64,000 nt of DNA, from the NCBI GenBank assembly GCA_016932045.1, contig JAFGDO010000032.1, positions 127,612-191,611 of the forward strand. Reading direction: 5' to 3'. Position numbers and translations under genes: made by a program. The DNA comes from Candidatus Dojkabacteria bacterium (lineage in GTDB: Bacteria > Patescibacteriota > Dojkabacteria > JAHIVN01). Positions 1-8,892 of the stretch are shown here, one piece after another (the stretch's first letter is position 1; every line of letters begins with the position of its first letter). Below the pieces are notes generated by a model. That model was not told the DNA's origin. It saw only the letters and a program-made list of their open reading frames with translations, and made no database searches.

Positions 1-197
1 TTCTTGCCTACTAAAGGAATTCTTCGAGTAAGAATTGTAAAAATCGACAAGCATTCACCAGCTTCAAATACTCCTAACCTCAAAGGTTCCCATACAGGAC
101 GCTTTAATTCCCCCCAAGAGTAGGACTGGAGCGGATGAACGTTTAACTCCTCTGAGAATTTTAAATATTCGTCTTTTCCTAATTCTTTTATCTGCAT
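1..197 (-). CDS. FemAB/FemX-family peptidoglycan peptidyltransferase, N-terminal part (runs off window edge)
   Basis: Manual translation from ATG at 197: MQIKELGKDEYLKFSEELNVHPLQSYSWGELKRPVWEPLRLGV...; the HPLQSxxWGxxK motif is typical of FemABX N-termini. Not in the ORF track. Confidence 0.75.
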   Translation of the reverse strand, partial: MQIKELGKDEYLKFSEELNVHPLQSYSWGELKRPVWEPLRLGVFEAGECLSIFTILTRRIPLVGK

Positions 198-360
198 TTT
201 TATTAATGATTAACCTAATCGAGACGATTAAAACGGTCGTTCAGTCATCTCAACCGATTTGATCATTTCTAATTCTACATTTATTTAACGGAAGAATAAA
301 GGAGAAGTAAACCAAAGTCTGCTGTCTGTCAGCTGTTATCTGTTTGCATACATCTCTTAT

Positions 361-936
361 CTATTTAAAGCTAAGTCCATAAGCACTTATAAGTTCTACT
401 TTATCACCATCTACCTCAAGTCCAAGTATGCAGCAATCTTCCTTCTTATCTAATTCTTTCCCTAAGAATTCCTTTACAATAGCAGCTAGAACCTTGCCGT
501 GGGTCACAGCAAGAATTCTCTCTGCTTTAAAAGCCTGTATCTTTTTCATCATCTCTTTCAATCTTTTAACTAAATCTTCATACCTCTCACTACCAGCTAC
601 CCAACCTCCGTCTTCATAAGCATCATACAACTCTGGGTACTCTTTTTTCATATCTTCCTCTTTCTCCCCGCACATCAAACCATATGTGTTTCTTTCTTTG
701 AGATAAAGCCATCTTTTTGCTTTTAGATTCTTGCCTTTTGCTAATATCTCTGCTGTTTCCATCGCCCGTTTAAGGGGGGAGGAGAGAACCAAATCAATAT
801 CCAATTTCTCAACCTTTTCAACTGAGTCCTTTGCCTGCTTTCTACCTTTTTCTGACAAAGGCAAGTCTCCCCAACCACCATATCTCTTTTCAACATCATC
901 TACTCCCTCGCCATGACGCATAAAAAATACTTTCAT
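361..936 (-). CDS. Histidine phosphatase (phosphoglycerate mutase-like) family protein
   Basis: RHGE motif, SSPLKRAMETA, LKER, VTHG. Confidence 0.9.
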   Translation of the reverse strand: MKVFFMRHGEGVDDVEKRYGGWGDLPLSEKGRKQAKDSVEKVEKLDIDLVLSSPLKRAMETAEILAKGKNLKAKRWLYLKERNTYGLMCGEKEEDMKKEYPELYDAYEDGGWVAGSERYEDLVKRLKEMMKKIQAFKAERILAVTHGKVLAAIVKEFLGKELDKKEDCCILGLEVDGDKVELISAYGLSFK

Positions 937-1023
937 AATTTGAGAGTAATAAAGAATTAAATATCAAAAGAATTATATAAAACAACAGTTCCCAAATCAA
1001 TCATAATCGACAGGATATATTAC

Positions 1024-1053
1024 TTGATATACAACACACATCTCGTATATAAT
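1024..1053 (+). promoter_or_regulatory. Putative sigma70 promoter for the TrmB/phosphatase pair
   Basis: TTGATA-18 nt-TATAAT upstream of the GTG at 1080. Confidence 0.5.
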
Positions 1054-1079
1054 GTCATCATCATCAATTATATCTGACA

Positions 1080-1649
1080 GTGTATATATCGGAATTACTA
1101 AGCAAAATTGGTTTTGGAGACAAAGATGCTCAAATTCTTACCTATCTTTATGAGCGCGGGAAAAGTGTTGCCTCAACTATATCAAAAGAATTAAACATCC
1201 CAAAGAGTACTGTTCTCTATATACTTTATGAATTAGAAAGGGAAGGACTCGTAACTAAGAGGAAAGAGCGAAAGACATATGTTTTTGAATCAACTGATCC
1301 AGAAAATATCATAAAAAAAATAGATGAAGATATTGAACTTCAAAAGGAAAGAAGAAAGATCATACTTCCCAATCTTTCAAAGCTCAGAAGGCTGAAAGAC
1401 TTAAAGTCTGATATGCAGATCCACTATTACGATAAGGAAGGCTCCATAAAAGACCTTAAACGATCTATTGATGAACGTCTAGACAACAAGGATATCGAAA
1501 GGATTTACTCTAAAAATTATAAAAGTATATATACTAATGAAGATTTTACCTTTCTTGTAAATGAAGATTTCGCGATAAGGTTTAGGGACAAAGATACATT
1601 GAAAAAGTTTATTTCAGCTTTAAAAGACATCGATGAAACAGAGTTTTAA
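1080..1649 (+). CDS. TrmB-family winged-helix transcriptional regulator
   Basis: N-terminal LSKIGFGDKDAQILTYL...ASTISKELNIPKSTVLYILYELEREGLV...STDPENI matches the TrmB HTH pattern. Confidence 0.8.
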   Translation: MYISELLSKIGFGDKDAQILTYLYERGKSVASTISKELNIPKSTVLYILYELEREGLVTKRKERKTYVFESTDPENIIKKIDEDIELQKERRKIILPNLSKLRRLKDLKSDMQIHYYDKEGSIKDLKRSIDERLDNKDIERIYSKNYKSIYTNEDFTFLVNEDFAIRFRDKDTLKKFISALKDIDETEF

Positions 1650-2274
1650 AACAATTTACTTTTTCAGACACGGAGAGGGAATGGACGACTTGCGACACGA
1701 ATTTGGTGGCTGGTCGGATCCGGAGTTAGCACCAAAAGGGAAAAAACTTGCCGAAAAAGTCGCTGGAGATTTTAATAAAAAGAAAAAACACTTTGATATT
1801 ATCCTAACATCACCTCTTGAGAGAGCAAAACAGAGCGCAGAACTTATCAGCATGTTTACGCACACTCCAGTAGAAGAATTTGTCTATCTTAAGGAACGCA
1901 ATACCTACGGCTTACTCTGCGGCTTATCAAAAAGAAAAGCCAGAAAGAATTATCCGGAACTAGTTAAGGCCTACAACGCTCAAGAATTTATCCCCGGTGC
2001 AGAAAGGTATGAAGACTTCAAAAATAGGGTAGACACACTTCTCACAAAACTATTACAAATGAAATATAAATCCATTCTCTGCGTGACACACGGTTACCTT
2101 ATAACAACCATCATGGAAGAATTTCTCGGATTAAGTAGAGAAAAAATTAAAGACGGAGCAATATTAGGGCTGAAGGTAGAAGGTAAAAAGTATAAGGTTA
2201 TAGAATATAAAGGATTAACCTTTTCAGAAGGGAAGAGAACTTATGATAGTGAGAGGTATAGGAAGTTTAAGTAG
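1633..2274 (+). CDS. Histidine phosphatase family protein (paralog of 361..936)
   Basis: RHGE, TSPLERAKQSA, LKERNTYGL, VTHG. Confidence 0.9.
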   Translation: MKQSFKTIYFFRHGEGMDDLRHEFGGWSDPELAPKGKKLAEKVAGDFNKKKKHFDIILTSPLERAKQSAELISMFTHTPVEEFVYLKERNTYGLLCGLSKRKARKNYPELVKAYNAQEFIPGAERYEDFKNRVDTLLTKLLQMKYKSILCVTHGYLITTIMEEFLGLSREKIKDGAILGLKVEGKKYKVIEYKGLTFSEGKRTYDSERYRKFK

Positions 2275-2305
2275 GAATTCATCCAAACTGGTTCTATGCT
2301 CCCTG

Positions 2306-2324
2306 GACTGAGCATGCCGAAGTC
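2306..2324 (+). repeat. Small palindromic (REP-like) element, CTGAG...CGAAG family
   Basis: GACTGAGCATGCCGAAGTC with complementary flanks; related copies at 9558, 16229, 43200, 63391. Confidence 0.65.
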
Positions 2325-2359
2325 GAGCTTGGAACCACAATAACCTCTTTTAAACTATA

Positions 2360-2821
2360 TCACTCGGCAGTATACATTTCGCATTTCTTTATATTATCTT
2401 TCTTGTATAGAAATAGGATTTTAGTCCATAGATATTGAAATGTGTCTTCTTTTTTGTCAACCGGACATATAATATCAACTTCCTGGCCATTCTCGAAGTC
2501 TAAATTTGTTTCAATGGTTATTGCAAAAAACGGCCAATATTCTCTGATGTTCCAGTCTACAAAACCATCCTCATATTTCCCGTCAAAAATGATACATGCC
2601 TCGTTATCACACAGTTCCTCAGCATTTTCTAGTTCAACACTAACAGTATCATCAAGTCCATTCTTGATAGTTATAGCAATATAAACAAGTAAAATGAACA
2701 ACAATACAGCTATAACGTAGCTTATAATCTTCTTAATCCTCTCTGGTTTCTCTTTTACTTCAACCTGAACCTTTTGAGCTTCGACTTTTTTTGGCTTTTG
2801 GGGCTTTTTCTTTTTAGCCAT
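2360..2821 (-). CDS. Hypothetical single-pass membrane protein
   Basis: Lys-rich N-terminus, one hydrophobic helix, Cys-containing C-terminal domain. Confidence 0.7.
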   Translation of the reverse strand: MAKKKKPQKPKKVEAQKVQVEVKEKPERIKKIISYVIAVLLFILLVYIAITIKNGLDDTVSVELENAEELCDNEACIIFDGKYEDGFVDWNIREYWPFFAITIETNLDFENGQEVDIICPVDKKEDTFQYLWTKILFLYKKDNIKKCEMYTAE

Positions 2822-2921
2822 AATTTGTCCATTAAATATTAATTAATGCTTTAAGTCACTATAGCAGAAATTTAGGGAAAACGTAAATTCGAAAGGGAAC
2901 TTCAAAAAGACAGAGGTAATA

Positions 2922-3404
2922 CTATGATTTGTGGAATATTTTTGTTTCGAGAGTAACTAATAATTTCTTTAAACCCATTTCTTCATAGAATTTTATTCCC
3001 TTCTCGTTCTTTGCATATGCTTCCACTCTAATTCTTTCGACATTTCTGTTCCTGCACCATTCTAAAAAGTATTTGCATAAAAGACTACCGATTCCCTTAC
3101 TCCTAAAATCCTTCAAAATAAACATATTTTCTAGTTCAGCGACTTTCACATTCTTCTTAAAAGAACCCATTTCTTTTAGACCTCCGCATAAATATCCTAT
3201 TACCTCATCTCTTTGGACAGCCACCAAAACACAGCCGTTTCTCAGCCTTTTTTTGAAATACTTTTCTCCGTCTTTTTCAAAAGGCCAGTTAATGTTTAAA
3301 GTCCTATCGTACTCCTTAAATTCTTTTCTAAATAGCTTTTGATTTAGGGTCTGAATTCTTTTTAGATCACTAACTTTGGCTTTACTAATCTGCACTCGCA
3401 ACAT
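2922..3404 (-). CDS. GNAT-family acetyltransferase
   Basis: FRSKGIGSLL acetyl-CoA motif; NEKGIKFYEEMG. Confidence 0.9.
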   Translation of the reverse strand: MLRVQISKAKVSDLKRIQTLNQKLFRKEFKEYDRTLNINWPFEKDGEKYFKKRLRNGCVLVAVQRDEVIGYLCGGLKEMGSFKKNVKVAELENMFILKDFRSKGIGSLLCKYFLEWCRNRNVERIRVEAYAKNEKGIKFYEEMGLKKLLVTLETKIFHKS

Positions 3405-3410
3405 AGTTTC

Positions 3411-4121
3411 TTAGACACTTTTTAATACACATATAATATGTACTCTGAAGTTTTTTAAAAAAGGCAAACTTAAGATAGCTTCAAGAGCAACTCCAAAAAA
3501 GAAAAAAAGCTTACTTATTGCAATGTACGTTGGATCACCGTTTAGTATAAATTCTTCAATTTGAAAACCATTATCTGAAGCAAGACTTTTAATTCTAGAC
3601 CAAGAATTTGCTTTATAAAAAGCAGGCATGGGGTCAGTTACCAGATCTTTATTCATCCTTTTTGCTATGAGATTTCTCAAACTTGCCGGAATAAGTCTAT
3701 TTAAAATCACAACATAGTTCAGAGCATTAGGAGTCAAGAAAATTACTTTTCCGCCTTCTTTCAAAACCCGAGAGAATTCTTTAAAAATTTCCTTTGGATT
3801 TTTTAAGTGTTCCAAAACCCAGGAAGATATAATTAAATCTATAGATTTATCTTTCACTTGAGGCATGCTTTCGAGATTCGCTACTATTTTTTCCTTAAGA
3901 AGCGGATTAAGTTCTAGAAATTCTTTATTTACATCTACTCCAATAACCTTTTTAGCCCTCTGGTATTCATTCTTAAAAAGATTTGAGAATCCGCAGCCTG
4001 CCTCGAGAACAACTGTATCTTTATTTATATTTTCTGCAACCAAATTCTTGTATATCGAAACGGAATCAGCCCAAGACTTATTTATACTCTTATAAAGTTT
4101 TCTATAATCTTCTTGTTGCAT
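3411..4121 (-). CDS. Class I SAM-dependent methyltransferase
   Basis: VLEAGCG, IGVDVN, DLIISSWVLEHL, RVLKEGG; probable start at the ATG at 4121 (ORF track extends to 4157). Confidence 0.88.
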   Translation of the reverse strand: MQQEDYRKLYKSINKSWADSVSIYKNLVAENINKDTVVLEAGCGFSNLFKNEYQRAKKVIGVDVNKEFLELNPLLKEKIVANLESMPQVKDKSIDLIISSWVLEHLKNPKEIFKEFSRVLKEGGKVIFLTPNALNYVVILNRLIPASLRNLIAKRMNKDLVTDPMPAFYKANSWSRIKSLASDNGFQIEEFILNGDPTYIAISKLFFFFGVALEAILSLPFLKNFRVHIICVLKSV

Positions 4122-4174
4122 AGTAAAAAATAGGGCAGTACAGAATATATTCCGCACTACCCTTATAAGTCATC

Positions 4175-5305
4175 TTAATCAAGTCTCATAGGCATAATTA
4201 TATGCAGAAAGTCTTTATCTTCGCTATCCTTGAATACTCCAGGTGCTGTAACTCCATTTGTTTCAAATAGAACTTCCTCTCCTTCTATAGCATTTATCAT
4301 TTCACTTAAGAAGCCAACGTTGTAACCTGTCTTTAAACTATCTCCTTCAACGTCGTGGACTTCTACTATGCTTTCATTTTCTCCTACATCTGCAACTTGT
4401 GCTGACAGCTTAAGAGCGTTTTTCTCAGGCATAAATTCGAATATAGCTTTATTCCCAACTGCAGCTCTTGCAAATATGCTTACCACTTTCACTGTTTTTG
4501 CAAGAGATTCCTTATCTGCACTGAACTTATACTTTGCTTCTTTAGGCATTATTTGCTCGTATTCTGGGAATTCTCCCTCGATCAGCCTTGTAGATATCTC
4601 AACATCTTTTACTTTAAATAACATCTGATTCTTATCGCCAAGGATAAAAACCTCAAGGTCATCATCCTCTTCACATGTATCAAGAGCAATTCTAGCAACT
4701 TCATTCAAAGCCCTTGCTGGAACAATATGTTTAAACTCATCTGTCTTTTTTCTCTCTATATCAATCACCTTTTTGGAAAGGCGAAATCCATCCACACCTA
4801 CCATGGAAATACGCTTTTTAGTAGCCTCAAATAGTACTCCTGTTAGCACAGGTCTTGAGTCATCAGATGCTGAAGAGAAAGTTACCTTTTGCAAGGATTT
4901 TGCAAAAGCACAAGCTTTAACTTTGAAATCGGCTTTTCCTGTTGTCTCTGGTAGGGGAGGAAATTCTTCTGCATCCACAACATTAAACTCAGCACTGTTC
5001 ATTTTGTTATGCACAGAAAGAAGTTTTCCCTCAAGTTCGACATTCAATTTCCCGCTAGAAGATAGCGAATTCACAAATTCCGACAAGGTCTTCGCATCAA
5101 CTGTAATTTTACCTGGAGCTTTTGTATCAGCCCCTATCTGAGTAGATATACCTATTTCAAGATCAGTTGTCGAAAGTATAAGTGTATCTTTTGTTATCTC
5201 CATCAATACATTTGACAAGACGGGGATAGAAGGATTTGAACTTATTGCTTTTGAAACATAATTTAAAGCTTTAGCAAAGTTTTCTTGTGTTACAGTTGCT
5301 CTCAT
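4175..5305 (-). CDS. dnaN: DNA polymerase III beta sliding clamp
   Basis: PVLSNVL, STTDLEIG, SRPVLTGV, VDGFRLS, RLIEGEFPEY, C-terminal IIMPMR; directly downstream of dnaA. Confidence 0.98.
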   Translation of the reverse strand: MRATVTQENFAKALNYVSKAISSNPSIPVLSNVLMEITKDTLILSTTDLEIGISTQIGADTKAPGKITVDAKTLSEFVNSLSSSGKLNVELEGKLLSVHNKMNSAEFNVVDAEEFPPLPETTGKADFKVKACAFAKSLQKVTFSSASDDSRPVLTGVLFEATKKRISMVGVDGFRLSKKVIDIERKKTDEFKHIVPARALNEVARIALDTCEEDDDLEVFILGDKNQMLFKVKDVEISTRLIEGEFPEYEQIMPKEAKYKFSADKESLAKTVKVVSIFARAAVGNKAIFEFMPEKNALKLSAQVADVGENESIVEVHDVEGDSLKTGYNVGFLSEMINAIEGEEVLFETNGVTAPGVFKDSEDKDFLHIIMPMRLD

Positions 5306-5811
5306 GTTTCTATGACTAATATTATTTATTATATATATAAAGTAATAGTAATAACCTTGGTGGATTTGTTTATAATATTGAGAATCTCTTTACCAAGAAA
5401 AGAAACTCCTAGTCTTTCTTTGTGGATTTTAAATTTTGCTTGTATTTAGATATATACAACGAGTATCTTATTTTAAAAAGCTCTTGTCAAGGCATTTGTG
5501 AGAGTGAATAATTAGTAAAGAATTGTGGATAATGTGTGAACCGTTTTTACAAGTTCTATCATTCTCCTTTAAGCTAAAAATTCACATAAAATAAAAAAAT
5601 TAGACAGTCTAAGGAAAAAGCCTTGTCTATCAGTCAATTACTTATTCACAAAGTTTTAAAGATTCATGAGATTTATCCACTTTTGCAGTCAACAGAATTT
5701 TTAAAGAACGATAAGAGTTTCTAAAGAATTATCAACTTATACACAAATAGAACTAAAAGTGAAAAGTGGGAATGCAGATTATCTTTTGTTCTGTTTTTAC
5801 CTTTTAAAAAA
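5306..5811. other. oriC: oriC, dnaA-dnaN intergenic part with DnaA boxes and unwinding element
   Basis: DnaA boxes TGTGGATAA 5524-5532, TTATTCACA 5642-5650, TTATCCACT 5673-5681, TTATACACA 5737-5745; tandem boxes plus trinucleotide repeats and an AT-rich tract at 5311-5375. Confidence 0.9.
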
Positions 5812-7197
5812 TTATTCTGTGACCGGTTTGTAAATTTCTGCTATAAGATTGTTTATTTGTTCTGAAAAAGTTAGATTGGCCTGCATTTTACTTTCAATTT
5901 TGTCAATAGCATGAATAGCAGTTGTGTGGTCATTTCTTTTTAGAATCTCTGAGACTTCCTTAAATTTATAACCAAGCTCCTTTCTCAGAATGTACATGCA
6001 AACCTGACGTGCAAATGCTATGTCTTTTGTTCTGCGTGGGCCTTTGAGATCTTTTGCATTTACTCCAAATTCTTTTGCAACATTTTTAAATATGGTGGAA
6101 ATTTTTATAGTCTTTCTTTTTGAATTAGGATCTTTTCCAAGAATCTTTGCGATTTCTGCAGGTGTAAGTTCTCCTTCTTTTTTCATTGAATTGTACAAGC
6201 TGATCTTTTGAAGCGAGCCTTCAAGTTCGCGTATGTTGTCAGTTGATATTTCAGCAATGGCTTTAAGAATGCTGTCTGAGAGATCTATCCCGTATTCCTT
6301 TCTTTTTTGTTCGAGAATTGCAACTCGCTCTTCATAATCGGGCCTTGATATGTCTGCGACCATGCCGCCTTGAAATCTGGATATAAGTCTTTTTTCAACA
6401 TTGGGTATTTCCTCAGGTGCTCTGTCTGAAGTTATAATAATTTGCTTAGATTCGTGGAAAAGTGCATTAAATGTATTGAAGAATATACTTTGGGTTTCTC
6501 TGCGATTTGAAAGCAGCTGTATATCATCTATAAGCAATGCATCCAATTTCCTATACTTGTTTCGGAATTTTTCCATAGTGTTAGCTTTAATGTTTTCAAC
6601 CATATCATTTAGAAAGTTTTCTGATGTACAGTAAAGAACTCTTTTTTCAGTGTTGCCATCCATTATAGATCTTCCTATCGCATGAATCAGATGGGTTTTT
6701 CCAACACCCGTAGGACCGTATATAAAGAAGGGATTGTAGCTTTTGCCTGGGTTTTCAGAAACTGAAATAGCAGCAGCATGTGCAAGCCGGTTAGAAGCTC
6801 CAACTACAAAATTGTTAAAAGAGTATCGCTCATTTAGATTTGAGTCTTTTATCCGTTGAAATGAAGCCTCATCTATTCCATTCTTTACTTGAAGAATTGG
6901 TTCCTGAGGGGTGTCCATGCTTTTAGTGACCTGCAAGTTTTCAGCCAGCTCCTTGTCATATACGAATTCTACTGTCAACTCTTTTCCATATACGAACGAG
7001 AGAGTTTTTTCTATAAGAGCTCGATGTTTTTGGGAAAGCCAGTCACCTGCGTAGCTATTTTTGACTCCGATAACTGCGTTTTTGCCGTTTATATCTTTTA
7101 GCCTTGTATCTTTGAACCATGTTTTAAAATGAGCAGGGGAGTCAAGTTTTATCTCTATTTGGGCTAGTGTTTTTTTCCATATTTGGTTGATGTCCAT
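5812..7197 (-). CDS. dnaA: Chromosomal replication initiator DnaA
   Basis: FNNFVVGASNRLAHAAA, YNPFFIYGPTGVGKTHL, LLIDDIQ, NIRELEG, ARQVCMY, RNDHTTAIHA. Confidence 0.99.
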   Translation of the reverse strand: MDINQIWKKTLAQIEIKLDSPAHFKTWFKDTRLKDINGKNAVIGVKNSYAGDWLSQKHRALIEKTLSFVYGKELTVEFVYDKELAENLQVTKSMDTPQEPILQVKNGIDEASFQRIKDSNLNERYSFNNFVVGASNRLAHAAAISVSENPGKSYNPFFIYGPTGVGKTHLIHAIGRSIMDGNTEKRVLYCTSENFLNDMVENIKANTMEKFRNKYRKLDALLIDDIQLLSNRRETQSIFFNTFNALFHESKQIIITSDRAPEEIPNVEKRLISRFQGGMVADISRPDYEERVAILEQKRKEYGIDLSDSILKAIAEISTDNIRELEGSLQKISLYNSMKKEGELTPAEIAKILGKDPNSKRKTIKISTIFKNVAKEFGVNAKDLKGPRRTKDIAFARQVCMYILRKELGYKFKEVSEILKRNDHTTAIHAIDKIESKMQANLTFSEQINNLIAEIYKPVTE

Positions 7198-7279
7198 ATT
7201 GTTGTTTTAGTCAAGCAAAAAATTTAGTTTCTATAAACAAGATCAAATTTAACACTAGGCCTAAAAATAGGCTTAAATT

Positions 7280-7365
7280 TCTGGCAGTGGATAGCAGTTT
7301 TTATGTGTGGATGATGAATATAATTTAGATGATTGTGGATAACTTGTCAAAAAAGTGGATAATTA
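7280..7365. promoter_or_regulatory. DnaA-box cluster upstream of dnaA (second oriC half and/or autoregulation)
   Basis: TGTGGATAA 7334-7342, AGTGGATAA 7354-7362, plus degenerate AGTGGATAG and TGTGGATGA. Confidence 0.8.
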
Positions 7366-7461
7366 AGTATTGAGATTAGTAGACTAGAGATTAAAGTATA
7401 TTTGAGGAATAAAGTGGAACGAAAGGGGTAGTTTCTGATAAAATGCAAAATAGAAGACAAA

Positions 7462-7944
7462 ATGGCAGAAGAAACTATTGATAATACAACTGCAGCAAAA
7501 TTATTTGCAGTAGAAAGCTTAAGCTATGCACCCTTTAGTGATCTAATGGTAGGGCAGGTGTGTTTATTGTTTGTTCCAGATGAATCTGAATTAGTGGGAC
7601 AGGAGGCGAGTTTGGCAGAGGAAGATGACCGGGGAAGAAGATATGCAATATTGGATAGAACAAGTCTAGCGGGTGTTGTGGCTCTAAGGTTTCGTGGCAG
7701 TATTACTCTAAACGAAGTAAGAGGTCCTAATGGGCAGGTATTGAAGTATGGATATCCAACTCAAGGGTACCTTGTTGAGGTTCTAAAGAGTGATGGTGGA
7801 ACAAGTTTCAAGGTTGATAGAGTTGTGTATATACATACAATACTGGATACAAAATCAAGAACTGGTTTTGGGATAGAAACTGTGAAGGACTATTTAAAAA
7901 TTGTGAAGTTTGATTTGAAGCAAGTGGTAGTGAGAAGAGGGTAG
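7462..7944 (+). CDS. Hypothetical protein
   Basis: 160-aa ORF with ATG start and an upstream TGATAAAAT extended -10; no family recognised. Confidence 0.65.
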   Translation: MAEETIDNTTAAKLFAVESLSYAPFSDLMVGQVCLLFVPDESELVGQEASLAEEDDRGRRYAILDRTSLAGVVALRFRGSITLNEVRGPNGQVLKYGYPTQGYLVEVLKSDGGTSFKVDRVVYIHTILDTKSRTGFGIETVKDYLKIVKFDLKQVVVRRG

Positions 7945-7949
7945 GTAGC

Positions 7950-8237
7950 TTAATTAGAAGTGATATCAAGAATTTTTATTTCATAAGGTACTGGGGCTCT
8001 AACTGTGACTGTTGCTCCTTTTTGTTGTCCAATAATGGCTTTTGCTACGGGTGAATCTGGACTGATAGAATCAACTCCTAGAAGAGGGGTTTCGTGTTCG
8101 TGTAATATAGCTACAGTTTCATTGAATGTTCCGTCTTCATCATGTCCTTGAAACGTAACAACATCCCCATGTTGGACAACCAAATGTACTAGGGCTTCGT
8201 TTTGATGAGCTTGTGCTGTATCAGGACCTGCTACCAT
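7950..8237 (-). CDS. GreA/GreB C-terminal-domain-only protein
   Basis: SISPDSPVAKAIIGQQKGATVTVRAP...EIKILDI is the Gre C-terminal signature; there is no N-terminal coiled coil. Confidence 0.75.
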   Translation of the reverse strand: MVAGPDTAQAHQNEALVHLVVQHGDVVTFQGHDEDGTFNETVAILHEHETPLLGVDSISPDSPVAKAIIGQQKGATVTVRAPVPYEIKILDITSN

Positions 8238-8411
8238 GTTTGAAGTGTTAAGCTTATAGGGTAATTATACTAAAGGGGGCAATATTAGGTAAAGCATTAG
8301 GGAAGAATTAACTCTCTGTCATTACACAAGATCTTGCATAATGATGTAAGAGAAAGTTGTAAATTCATATATCTAGTTGATATAATAGCCTATATTTGTT
8401 AGAGAAATTAG

Positions 8412-8834
8412 ATGGAAACAGACCCAAGGGCAAATGGAACGGATATATATAATGAGCCAGATTATGCTCAAGGTGGAATTCTAATAATAGAAAGGGGGCA
8501 ACCTTCTCAAACAGTCTTACGCGTTGAATTAGGACCGGTGCAAGATATGGATGAAGTTAAAATCATCAGATTGGAGGTGGCAGGTTCAGGGTCAACTAAT
8601 CATTTTGTTATGGTTGGAAAGGTAGGAGAGTTAGATTTAACTGCTTGCCTGGTAAAAACTTCAGTAACATTGAATATGACAACAGAACAGACGGATGAAG
8701 GGCCTTTCAGAGTATTCTTTGAACCTTCAGAAAGAAAGTTTTACGCAATGGCTTTACAGGCTGCCAGAGGTATGGAAGTCCAGGCGGCATTAAGGGTATG
8801 TGCCGAGGATCTTTTAGGCGCTACACTTCGCTAG
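8412..8834 (+). CDS. Hypothetical protein
   Basis: 140-aa ORF with upstream TGATATAAT; no family recognised. Confidence 0.65.
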   Translation: METDPRANGTDIYNEPDYAQGGILIIERGQPSQTVLRVELGPVQDMDEVKIIRLEVAGSGSTNHFVMVGKVGELDLTACLVKTSVTLNMTTEQTDEGPFRVFFEPSERKFYAMALQAARGMEVQAALRVCAEDLLGATLR

Positions 8835-8892
8835 TAAACATTTTATTCCACCTGTTGTGAATAAACTTTCCCGTATGAGATAATATCTACGT

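Noticed and set aside
8840-8864. Isolated DnaA-box-like TGTGAATAA upstream of the hydrolase
   Set aside because: Single one-mismatch box in AT-rich DNA; not enough to claim DnaA regulation.
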